From: Lingula anatina
Lineage: Eukaryota; Animalia; Brachiopoda
Direction of reading: 5' to 3'
DNA length: 64,000 nt
Assembly (NCBI GenBank): GCA_051362555.1
Contig: CM120640.1
Span: forward strand, 22,430,225 to 22,494,224
Positions within the stretch are counted from its first letter, which is position 1. Every line of letters begins with the position of its first letter. This document shows, one piece after another, positions 50,771 through 62,035 of this stretch. The notes under the pieces were generated by a model. It was not told where the DNA came from, did no database searches, and saw only the letters and a program-made list of their open reading frames with translations. The translations under genes were made by a program, and so were the position numbers.

Positions 50771-53700
50771 GGTAATGTGCCATGAATTTCGAACAGTAGA
50801 AAATAATTAAATTTGGGAAAAGATCGTTCTGGCCGAAATTCATGAAATGGAGGTGCTCAGAACGTCCGAAAGTTCGAATTTCATGGAATTCTGTAAATTT
50901 TTACCGGAAGTTGTCTGTTCGTCGCTAGGCCTTCTGTTATCTTCTCCCGACGAATATTTAGAGTTACCATAATGTATGATGTGTGAGTGTCGGTAATTGC
51001 TACCAAAGGTATACACGTACTTTCACCCGATCACTGTGTATGGCCCATAGATAGAGCGGTACTGTTGTCTAGGGACGCAAAACAGCATCGTTATCAATAG
51101 TGTCGTTTTTCAAAAGCGATTCAGGCAGCCAGAAACTAGTGTGGTTTTTCAAAAACGATCCTGGCGCTCAGAACGGGAGTGGACGGAGGGAGAGACGGCC
51201 GACGATTAGCGTCTGCCACGGCCAGATAACCTTTACTATGGAAGCTAAGTGTTACCGTGCACTGAAACTGAGACGACAGCCGATCAGTGTCTATGCCGCA
51301 CGTGCAGGTAGCCTTCATCTGCGATAAGTGTCTTCCGCGACCAGGTTCGTTGCCTTTACCGTTAAAGTCGGGCGGAGCTTTACGCACGAATGCGTCCTCA
51401 TCTCGCCGTTCGCGGGTCGGTGTCTCCGACGCATACGTAGCCTTCCCTGCAGAAGCCGGCCTCGGCACTACGGCCTCTCCTCCGTGCGGGGAGGCCACTA
51501 TGACCGCAGATCGGTATGTGCGGCGCACAGGTAGCCTTCGCCATGGCAGCCGAACTGTGTATTACGGTCTCTCTCCGTCGTGCGCTGCGACCAAGATGAC
51601 CGCTGATTGTTGTCTGCGATCAAATATACTAGGTTTGGGGGGTGGGGGTGGGGTGCAGGGCCGTTTTTTTTTTTTTTTTTCGCTCAGGCAACCCAATCTT
51701 AACCAGCAGCAGCAACTGATTTCCTGGCGCATAGTTGCGTCAATGTACGCATTTGAAAAGCGTGTACGTTTTGTCATTGAAACCATCTTCAAACAAACGC
51801 GAGAGATAGGTAATCTAGAGTTAACCGAAAAGGCAGCTTTTATATTCGTTCAAGGGACTGGAAGATCGTCAATGGGAGATAGTGAGCGATCTGAGCGCGA
51901 CAATAAGCCAATTTCCACACTAGTTCAAGGGACTTCGTTACTATATTCGTCAGCAAGAGATCGTCAGCGATCCGAGCAAGCATAGAAGCTTGGACTTTTT
52001 GTCCATGCTAGAAGGCAATTTTCATGTAGTCAGCAGGATATGGTTTGCTGGTTTGCGAGAGGGGCGTAACCAGGCATACGCACGGATACACTGTGCGTAT
52101 ATAATTTTTTGGCCAACCATGATATTATTCTCTATAAATCTAGTGTACTTTTCAAGGAATATTATCGAAAATCCCCTTCGATTATAAGCTAATGTCACCT
52201 GAATGTACAAATTCTCTGTATAATTTATATATGCACCATTGTTCTGACACCCTTCTCGTTTGCTTTCACAGAACTGAGGTAAACAATACTAGTTACCATC
52301 TGAAGTCCGATCTTAATCGTCCATCTAGCTGGAACTTCCTTTACCTCTTAATTAGAGGGTAAAGTGCCCTTCAGCTCACAGGTAGCTTTTGTCTTGAGTG
52401 TATCGAACGCGATATTTATCTCAGATAAAAATCTACCTGTGTGTTATTTCAAAGAGCTGCTCCAGCAGACCTGGGGGCACTAGATAAATCTGATCATCGG
52501 GCTAAAAAAGGAGCCAGAGAAACAAAGGAAGATTGATTTTCCCTGCAAAGTTTCAAAGAATTTTGACACGGACTTGATCCAGCTTAACCCTCCAAACTAA
52601 CGGGGTGGCACGGGCAATTTTTACAAAATTTACAAACAATTAAACTTAGATATATTACAATTTTATCCTTTCCTATAATTTTGGGAGGCATGCACCCGCA
52701 TGTAAGCTGGGTGATGTCAGTAAGCCCCTAGTTAAATAAATATACCCTTATGAGCAAGGCTTTTAGCGAACCGTCCAGCCGTCATTTGGACGGCCTATAT
52801 TTTCAAAGACGGCTAGACGGCTTGCGACTTTTTTTTAATGACGTCTTGGCTTGTCGGGACAGCCGTGGACGTTGTAAGAAATTTTCTTAGAGTAATTTGA
52901 CGTACCTAGCTTTTATGATGCGTCACAGATGAATGGTACTACTTTGTAGTGTACGCTGATATTCAGTCACGACACAACTACCTAAAGCTTACAAAACACA
53001 ATAAAATGTTTCTATGAAGTTTAAGATACACATTCCACGCCGTATGCAGCAGTGACAAGAGTGACCTTCATGCGGTACAAAACACTAAGCAAACTACAGG
53101 CGAATTTGTGAAAGGGGACACCTGCCGGACCTTCATACGCACGGCAACTGACAAAACTGATTGACAAAAAGGAAAATTTCAAATTATCAGCGAGAGATCG
53201 TTCGCAATCCGAGAGAGACCAGGAGGCAATTATCATATTTGTTAAAGAGACTTCGTAAGCCAAAGGGCGAGACGAGAACGCAATTTTCGTATCGTCAGCG
53301 TCGCAATCCGAGTGAAACGAGAAAGCTCATACTCGTTCAGTGGCTTTCGTTTGCGGCAGATCGTCAGCCGGAGATCGTTCTCGATTGTTTTTAACCCTCC
53401 ATCCCTCCCCATTGGAATTTATAATTTTTAAAAATATTTTTCATTTCATTTGTACATTTCAAGGGACTTCATTAGCGGAAGATCGTCAGCGGGAGATCGT
53501 GAACGATCTGAGCGAGACAAGAAAGCAATAATGGTAATCTTTATTGCAGCTCTTAATATTGCTCTTTTGTTCTGTTACTGAGGTCTCTACTGTTAACAAT
53601 GCTGTTGTTGGCCCTCAGCAAAACTACCGATCGCTATCTCACACCGAATACTGCGGTAAAGAAACAACAGCCCGACAGTACAACTCTTAATAGATTCTCC

Positions 53701-55581
53701 TGTTATCTGAATGAATGGATATGACGATGTTGTTTAGCGTCCTAAACTAACTGTACTGATCGTTATCTTGCACCTTGGGCCGCACACGTAGTACTCAGGT
53801 AAAGGTACGCTAGGGCAACATTGCCGACTGTTAGATCTTTATAAGCGCGAGAATAGCCCGGTGGCCGATTTAAAGGTGTACGAAATTCACGAAATGAAGA
53901 TCGCGCAAAATTGCTTACTGGCCGAAATTCATGGTCCAGAAAAAACTCCAGACGGCCGATTTTAAGATCGTTCGAAATTCAAGAGCCGTTCGAAATTCAT
54001 GGCACTTTTCCGTATATATGTGCTTTGTTTGAAAATTGTAATTTTTTTTATAAAATGGTTTAAAAGATATGTGAAATTAAAAGTGTTTTTGCACTCATTT
54101 CTTTGAGTGGTATGTTTTTTTAATCACATATTTTGTACATTTTTTCAGTGGTGGACAAAATATGTGAAGCCTCTCCTTACACCATTGAAGGAGTTAAAGT
54201 CCTCCCTTTTTTTCCTTGCTTGGGTGTTACTGATCCACAAAATACAGATGTCCCATGGTTGACCATTCCTCCACCAGAACACTTCCCTGTTAATCCACTG
54301 CTCATTGAATTTCTGCAGGCAGCTCCCCAACATGATATGAAGCTGAAAGATATGTTACAGAAATGCTCTGGCGTTGTTAAGCAAAAAGTGGGTACCACAT
54401 CCTTGATAGTGGAATGTACCATCAGTCCTGATACGGCCAATGCATTTTCTGAAATCAAAGTTTGGAGTGCAAAGGTATCAGAGGCAATGAAACAATTTCT
54501 CAAAAATTTTGGTCACAAACAGATTGATATCCCAGTTGACATTGGAAGTGTAATTTGGGAACGTGTAGATGAGATGGCTCAATCTTACCAAGGACGGTTA
54601 TTGTTTCACAAAGACAAAAAGAATATGTGCATACAGGTAGTGGGAGAAAAAGATGATGTATCAACTGTTTTACAAAGGATGTCAGAGACAATACATTCTG
54701 TTCAAAAAGATGCCCAGTCTGTGAGCAGCCATGTCAAGATGAAAGACTATGCAGTATACTTTCTGCAGGATGGTCCATTTTTACAGCAACTAGGAGAAAA
54801 TTTCCCAATGCTACAAATAGAGCCAGACTTTTCCAACAAAGTTGTTGATTTTAAGGGACATCCTGCCAAAGTGGACGAAGCAAAAATACAACTGTTTCAA
54901 TACATGGAAGAGATCAAAACAGAGCGGATTGCAGTTACCAATGCTGTCCTGGATTTTTTGAGAAAAGACAGCTGCTGCAGATTTTTGCAGGAAGAGTTCA
55001 AGAAAGAAAGCCTCAATGTGCATGTTATGTGTGGCTCTAATGAGGCATACATTTATGCTTTGTCCCATCAGAAGTCAGAGCAATGTGAAATGCAGAAAGC
55101 TATCGAATTGATACAACAGAAGATTAAAGAGAAAAAAGTTTCAGTACAAGAAGGCGGCAGTGCTGTTATCAGAGAAAGAAAATGGCAAGATGTGAAGGAC
55201 CAGTTGAGTAGAGACTATGGGGACTTGATTGACATTCAGGTATCTCCTCAAAAAAATCATCTGACTATTGTTGCTTTGGCAAATACAATCAATAAAATTG
55301 AAAACCATGTCCAGTCATTTTTATGCTGCCACAGTGTTGTAGAAAAATCTGAAGAAGTCTCTTACCCAAAAGCAATTTACATTCAGAAATTCAAAATGAA
55401 GGAGGTAAACAAGGTTGAGCATGATTTAAGGTTTTCTGCAGTTGATATCAGACCCAAAGCATCAGAAACTGGTAAGTGTGGTTTTAGTATTAAGGGGAAT
55501 CCAGATGGTATAGAGAAAGCTACAAAAACTGAAATAGCTATTATAGAGACAGTTAAAAAAGAAACCTATAAAATCGATTAA
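41417..55581 (+). CDS. Truncated PARP14-like paralog (10 exons, ~1641 aa; RRMs, Q/H/P-rich region and KH array only). Intact ORF, could be a young pseudogene
   Basis: Exons 41417-41603, 43298-43434, 44139-44684, 44944-46330, 46909-47118, 47440-47682, 47780-48055, 49655-49918, 50343-50585, 54149-55581 (4926 nt). All have GT-AG sites and only in-frame indels; ends KKETYKID-TAA where similarity to copy 1 stops. Confidence 0.8.
43729..44112. mobile_element. Kolobok-like MITE in intron 2 of copy 2
   Basis: TTAA duplication, AG...CT termini (AGATGCATAC / GTATCTACCT); single TTAA at the empty site in copy 1 (~15128). Confidence 0.7.
46514..46736. mobile_element. PIF/Harbinger-like MITE in intron 4 of copy 2
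   Basis: Imperfect TIRs GAGGGCATTTCCAGAGATTTAGATTGATCT / AGATTGATCTAAAATCTATGGGAATGCGCCC; ATA/ATG flanks; empty site TC-ATA-GTCTATTC at ~17583. Confidence 0.72.
48360..48454 (-). mobile_element. 95-bp 3'-terminal fragment of the Helitron/Helentron-like family, flanked by a 14-bp direct repeat
   Basis: Reverse complement matches ~557-658 up to CTAG; ATTGTCAAGTGCAA at 48346-48359 and 48455-48468; single related copy at the empty site (~19205). Confidence 0.85.
48619..49350. mobile_element. CACTA/EnSpm-like (CCC-terminus) non-autonomous element
   Basis: TIRs CCCAGCAGGCA / TGCCTGCTGGG; 2-bp AA duplication; subterminal CAACGTT(G) palindromic repeats at both ends; absent from copy 1. Confidence 0.78.
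50690..50769. repeat. (TA)n microsatellite abutting a transposon end
   Basis: About 40 perfect TA units. Confidence 0.95.
50770..54012. mobile_element. 3.2-kb TA-flanked non-autonomous TIR element (Tc1/mariner-like or unclassified) in intron 9 of copy 2
   Basis: TIRs (TA)CGGTAATGTGCCATGAATTTCGAAC / GTTCGAAATTCATGGCACTTTTCCG(TA); GAAATTCA subterminal repeats; CpG-rich interior; absent from copy 1. Confidence 0.8.
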
Positions 55582-55843
55582 TTGGTCTGCAATAGGAAAT
55601 GGATATATAATTGGAAATCAATCAAAGATAATCCATTTTTTTCCAGGATACAGAGACTCCATGATTTGTGTACAATGAAAAGCTATTTTCACCTCGTAGC
55701 CAACTACTTTTCCCCCATAGGGTGATGATATGTCCCTCAATAACTCCACTGCAAAACTTTTTCACTTGCCTTTTCCTGCTTTGATAAACTAGAAATTGAA
55801 TATCAAATCATATTTTCTCAAGTAAACTTGAAATTCAAGTGTT
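55577..55843 (+). repeat. Diverged copy of the region 9342-9590 (upstream of copy 1) fused at the truncation point of copy 2
   Basis: Shared ATTAATTGG, GGATATATAATTG, CAGGATACAGAGACTC, TGAAAAGCTATTTTCACCTCGTAGCC, AACTAGAAA, AAACTTGAAATTCAAGT. Confidence 0.88.
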
Positions 55844-56100
55844 TTTTTCATTGCAAATTAATATTTGTCATTAATACCGTCTATTCTATTTTGTTATTGA
55901 CATATAAGAAGTGTGTTTTACATCTGTGAACTCTTTATTAGAGAACCCTATGCAAACAAGCTGATTTATCAATTTTGCCTGGATTTTACCTTTTTATATG
56001 GTCTTTTAAGCCCGTTTCAACGGCCTTTGAAATTTCTGAAGAAATAGGCTGTTTTAAGCATAGTTTGTTGACCAGTTGCGACATATTATATACTTTTCAT

Positions 56101-56249
56101 TGATTGCTGTTATGTTAGTTATAAAAAGAACTACGACCATGAAGAATTCAACTCTAAACATCAGCTGGCTGCCAGAACCTGGTGATGCATACACAGTCAT
56201 TGTGACTGGTATCTAGCTTAAGACAAGTGAGGATGCTTTAAGATTGTAC
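56101..56249 (+). pseudogene. Degenerate fragment of PARP14-like exon 6 (third copy remnant)
   Basis: ACCATGAAGAATTCAACTCTAAACATCAGCTGGCTGCCAGAACCT...GAGGATGCTTTAAGATTGTAC matches ~18330-18443, with an in-frame TAG replacing CAG. Confidence 0.85.
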
Positions 56250-57820
56250 CAAGGAGTTATAACAGAAGGAGATTACACGCAAGCCTTTCTATTGTCCGAT
56301 GTCTGTTACGGTGGGCGGAGCTAGCTACGGGGGGCCTCCGGTCTCAAGGTTTCGTCTGCGTCGCTCTCCTCAGCTTGGAGATAAATTTCATATGCGTTAT
56401 TTCGTGTTAGAATTCGAGATCAGTAATGTCAAAGCGCCGCTGTATGCTGACGATTTTTTTCACAGGTAATTATTTGGACGATGTGCTGGAAGGGAACGAT
56501 ATCATAGAAAGCGATTATAAGGTGGTGACTGAGGATGGTCGCCATGAGCTTTTTTTAGTCGGTGATAGATGGCTTTTTTATGGCACAACCCGGTGAAAAA
56601 TCACCAAGGAGAAGTCAAAAGAAAACGTCCCAACTGTGGTTTGTGAAAATGACATTCAAGTGAACGTCTGTCCTCACTGCCAAAGAACATATAATATTAA
56701 TACATTAACGTTTGGACCCTCCTGCCTTTGGGTCCCATAAACATATACATTGTGACAGTGCCTACGCTTTGTGTCTGGTTTTAAATTTCTTAAAGTATTT
56801 TTTCTCTCACTTGGTATAATTTTAATATTATAATGCATTTAATTAAAATTTTAATCCAAGGTTGAGGCAATGCCACGACACGTCAGTTTACTGAATACTC
56901 GTTATAAATTTCTTTATCTTGGAAATTTCCCTTTTTTTTCAGGATTATTTGACACGTACTAACACTGTTCATATTTGTCGGTAAACAAGTGCACAGTGCT
57001 ATACATTAAGAATAATTTTTATTCATTCATAAATATATTTATGTACAAAATATATCAGAAATTTTAGTATTCACTGAGCTCTTTAAAGTGAAACAAATAA
57101 AGATGAGAATATTGAATTTCAAACTATTATTTACTATATTAACTTAAAATATCTTTTAAGTCAACTCTATACTCAAGCACTCTATACTCATGAAAGTAGC
57201 ATCTGTGAGTAAAACCATTTTATTATATCAATAGAAGAACAAAAACAAAAATTTTACACATAAGCAGTAATAAATGAAGTCATAAGAATGATTAAGTTGC
57301 TACAGTTTTCCAGTTTTATGCAGTCTATGATGGCATTTTTTTCAACCGTGCCAATAGAAATAATTATATTCTTTTTTATCTGACTTGCTGATACCAGTCT
57401 GTGCCAGATACTATTCCACTTACAGGCCAGCAAGGTCTGAGAATCTAATGGGCCGAATGAAAAAAAAAATCCTAGAAGATAAAGTGGTTAATTCTTACAA
57501 ATAGGATAAAAAACATGGGATTCTCAAAAGGTTATTATAGATCAAGACAACACTTAGTAAGAACATTTATAAAATGTAACAGCTGAAAAAATTAACTGGT
57601 AAGTAAGCAGTAAGTGACTGCTTTAAAGAAATTTCACTGAAACAGAAATTTCACTGGCAATCAGGTAGACTGTTATACCATGGCACTCAACAATTTATAT
57701 ATAGGTTTTGAATTTTTTTCCACGTAACAGTAACATAAAATTTATGTCCACTTTTGCAATGTATAGAGTCGGTTAGGTGACTGAAAATATTTTAAAATGT
57801 CATAAAGGAGCACTATTAAT

Positions 57821-57946
57821 TTAATGCAATCTCTGTTGGCCAGTCTTATCCAGTTTCTTCTCCAAAAAGGACAACTCAAGTGAGAATTTCTTCAGGGCCT
57901 TTTCTTCTGCCTTGCTAATGCCATGCCACTCAGAAAAGAGAGAAAC
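57821..57946 (-). CDS. Putative terminal exon of an unidentified minus-strand gene or pseudogene
   Basis: Strong acceptor TTTTTTTTTCTAACCTACAG/G, frame VSLFSEWHGISKAEEKALKKFSLELSFLEKKLDKTGQQRLH*. Candidate upstream exons at 62804-62861, 62582-62633 and 62463-62473 joined to 58188-58222. No family recognised. Confidence 0.35.
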   Translation of the reverse strand, partial: VSLFSEWHGISKAEEKALKKFSLELSFLEKKLDKTGQQRLH

Positions 57947-59097
57947 CTGTAGGTTAGAAAAAAAAAACATAATAATAGCATTATGAACTACTAGTATCCA
58001 TGTAGACATTATGGAATTACGCAGTGAAGTTTAATGTGTCTTGTTATGACTTGACTGAAATAATGTTCACCACATAAATGAACAATTTACAACTAAATTT
58101 ATATAGAACATCAAGCTAATAACCCCAAGAAATTGAAAGAAATTGTACTTATTACAAGAAATTATTTAAATCCGCCCTGGTTCCTACTCTTCTGACAGGA
58201 CAAAAAGGGGATTTCAGAGATCGACCCTTACGAAAATTCCCTATAGGATTTCCTATAGGATTTCCTATAAGATTTCCTATAGGATCCTATAAGATTTCCT
58301 ATAGGATATCCTATAGGATCCTATAGGAATTCCTATAGGATCCTATAGGAAATTGTCCCTTTTTCCTATAGGATCCTATAGGAAATCCTATAGGATCCTA
58401 AAGGAAATCCTATAGGATCCTATAGGAAATCCTATAGGATCCTATAGGAAATCTTATAGGATCCTATAGGAATTCCTATAGGATCCTATAGGAAATCTTA
58501 TAGGATCCTATAGGAAATCTTATAGGATCCTATAGGAATTCCTATAGGAAATCTTATAGGATCCTATAGGAAATCTTATAGGATCCTATAGGAAATCTTA
58601 TAGGAAATCCTATAGGATCCTATAGGAAATCTTATAGGAAATCCTATAAGATCCTATAGGAAATCTTATAGGAACCTATAGAAATTCATATTAACTGCTT
58701 TGAATATTTTTACAGCTTTTTATATATTGTTGGATCTTTGGCAAAATTGGTAATAGGCACTGGTCCCTCAAAACAAAAGAGAATATCATGTTTACATTCT
58801 TTATTCAATATGTATAAATGTATGTACATATTCCACAGTATGGTATGCAACCAGCTTACTAGAGAACTGTTTTATAGATTTTTGCAAATTTAATGGTGTT
58901 GCTACTGCTTTTTAATTATAAGTTCTATAAGTTATCACAAGTATCCAATATGTCTTGTCAAGCTGTGGCGTCACTGTCTGTTTCTTGTGTGAGTTTGAAC
59001 TCCTGCCAGAATGAGTGGCTAAAACCTCCCTTGGCCAGACCATGTCCATTGTCAGCATACTGCTTTAGTCACTTAATAATTGAAGAATTTCAGACAA

Positions 59098-59199
59098 AAG
59101 TCTTTTGCACATTGTTCAACTTTACTGTGATAAGTCTTTTGCACATTGTTCAACTTTACTGTGATAAGTCTTTTGCACATTGTTCAACTTTACTGTGAT
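59098..59199. repeat. 34-bp minisatellite x3
   Basis: AAGTCTTTTGCACATTGTTCAACTTTACTGTGAT repeated three times. Confidence 0.92.
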
Positions 59200-60195
59200 G
59201 GCCTTCTTAACCTCTGCCTGAGTTGTGTTGAACCATTTGCAGATGTATTCTGAAAGATAGACATTGTGAATTTCAATTAATTGTACATATCTACAAAAAT
59301 GCAAAATGATGAAGGAAAATTTTTCTAATGAGATCAATAATAATCATTGCACCAATTCTATTTTGAGCAATTCATAGCCTTTATTAGTTTACTGAATTTT
59401 TTTTCAAAGACAAGGTATTAATTTGTAAAAAAAAAAATATATATATATAAAGAACATGAACATATTTCATAGGACCAAGTCCACAGGAACAATCAGAAAT
59501 GCATTTTAAAATGCAGAAATTTGCATTGTAGAAAACTCTACTCTGGTTAAATATGCAATTGGGCCATTACAGAGCTGCCAGGGCCAAAAAAGTCCCAAAA
59601 ACTATAAGAAAACTCATTTCCGAGGGTAAACAGTAATTCCCTATTCTCACCTGTCCTTGCTTGACCTAAATCATCAGTCCAAACCACAAAAAAGCAATCC
59701 CCAAGTTAAAATTTATAGCTTTTGTGTAAGCAAAATGGTCAGATTTTCACAATGCACATTTCATTTCCGTTATGTATAGGTTAGCAAAAAATATTTTTAA
59801 ACAAACTATGGTGTTTACCTCACATTAAGGGTTGAAAAGAAATTAAAGGGAAAGAAAACTTGGCAAATAAACGATCCTGAAGAACGTGTGAGGTAATGAA
59901 ATTTGCCCTGACAGCCCCTCTAACATGTTAATTGTATGTTATTTATTAGCATGGGTCTTCCTCAGTTATATATCATGATGGTCCCTTGGAGGCAGTTGTG
60001 GATAACATTAAATAGATAATTTTTAATAAATCACAAACCAAAAGTTAAATGAAATGACATTTTTTTAAATTCAACTGCATTTAAAGAAATATGAACAATT
60101 GATCACAGTTTTTATCCTATAAGAAATAAAGAGACTAAACACTGATTGCATTATGTATCCTTTTTTCTTCATTATAATATATAACTTGTTTAATG

Positions 60196-60196
<1 letters not shown>

Positions 60197-60272
<76 letters not shown>
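60197..60272. repeat. (TA)n microsatellite
   Basis: Long perfect TA run. Confidence 0.95.
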
Positions 60273-60274
<2 letters not shown>

Positions 60275-60919
60275 GTTTACAAGGTACACTACAAATTAGA
60301 TCAATTAATTATCTCATTTTCAATTTGATTAGATGATCCAATGCATTACTGTAATACATACCTTCCTCAATCCGATTTTTCTACACTCTTTACCCTTCCA
60401 CTTTGCTCCTGAATTTAAACTGTCTTGATAGCTGTATACTCATTTGCTGCTTGTCTCATAGAAACAAAGACTTAGACAGGATACCACACATCTGATAACA
60501 CCTAATTGGCGGTTACTGTTACTAGTGTAACAATAGCTACAGGAGTAGTGACCTAATAATAGGTGCCAGGCTAACAAAAGAAATTCACAGTTGCTTAGTA
60601 TGTGGTTATGGCTGGTGGAGTAGGGCATTCTCTAGCTAACATCAGTTGACTGTTAAACCTTACAAGTGATTGAGCATGGTTTATAATGTATCTTTATATT
60701 ATTTTAATTTGTCTTCATTTCCCATCCTTTATGAGGGACATTACTATACCCATAATGTTCACTTATACTTTTACATTATATTTTATATATTAGGCAGGAT
60801 TGCATTTTCACTTTTTAAAACAGCCAAGGTCAAGTAAAATCCGATTAGATAAGGTTGACGTTCAATATAATAGAAAAAATATGAAGTAAGTGAATATGAT
60901 CACACAAAAAGTAAAAATA

Positions 60920-62035
60920 CATTATACTGAGTATACTGATATTAAGACCAGTTTCATTATTTTTCATTCAACCCGGCTTTATAAAAAATCACTATATGAA
61001 TTAGCATAGGTTCCTATAGAAATTCCTATAAGATTTCGTATAGGATCCTATAGGAATTTTTGTAATGGTCTGAAAATATATTTAAAATTATATACTGATA
61101 TTTAGACCAGTTTCATTATTTATCATATAACCTGGCCTTATAAAAATTTCCTATATGAATTAGCATAGGATTTCCTATACGTTCCTATAGAAATTCCTAT
61201 TAGATTTCCTATAGGATCCTATAGGAATTTTTGTAATGGTATGAACATAAGTAAAAAATAAAAATTATATACTAATATTTAGACTAGATTCATTATTTTA
61301 ATTCAAGCCGCCCTTATAAAAATTCCCTGTATGAATTAGCATAGGATTTCCTATTGGTTCCTATAGAAATTCCTATAAGATTTCCTATAGGATCCTATAT
61401 GAATTTTTGTAATGTTCTGAACATATATAAAAAATCAAAATCATATACTGATATTTAAACCAGATTCATTATTTTTCATTCAACCCGCCCTTATAAAAAT
61501 TCCTGTATGAATTAGCATAGGATTTCCTATAGGATTCTATAGGAATTTTTGTAATATTCTGAACATAAATTAAAAATCAAAATCATATACTGATATTTAA
61601 ACCAGATTCATTATTTTTCATTCAACCCACCCTTATAAAAATTCCTTATATGAATTAGCATAGGGTTTTTCCTATAGGTTCCTATAGAAATTCCTATAAG
61701 ATTTCCTATAGGATCCTATAGGAATTTTTGTAATGGTCTGAACATAAATTAAAAATTAAAATTATATACTGATATTGAGACCAGATTCATTTTTTTTCAT
61801 TCAACCCAGCCTTATAAAAATTTCCTATATGAATAAGCATAGGATTTCCTAAAGGTTCCTATAAGATTTCCTATAGGATCCTATAAGATTTCCTATAGGA
61901 TCCTATAGGATTTCCTATAGGATCCTATAAGATTTCCTATAGGATCCTATAAGATTTCCTATAGGATTTCCTATAGGATCCTATAAGATTTCCTATAGGA
62001 TCCTATAGGAATTATTGTAATGGTCTGAACATAAA
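60920..62035. repeat. ~177-bp tandem repeat array (~6 units) inside the CACTA-like element
   Basis: TATACTGATATT..ACCAG.TTCATT...TATGAATTAGCATAGG recurs at ~60931, 61091, 61268, 61444, 61586 and 61764. Confidence 0.88.

Noticed and set aside
51136-51985. GC-rich ORFs of 232 aa (+) and 130 aa (-) as a transposase or gene
   Set aside because: No DDE or other recognisable motif, and they read through G and T homopolymers; expected by chance in GC-rich sequence.
38651-55578. Copy 2 as an uncollapsed allelic haplotype
   Set aside because: Extensive divergence, many private insertions on both sides and a structured junction favour true paralogy; long reads would settle it.
58239-58685. Short palindromic repeats (TCCTATAGGA) resembling CRISPR or telomeric arrays
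   Set aside because: No spacers; they are subterminal repeats of a TIR element with a matching far end at 62462.
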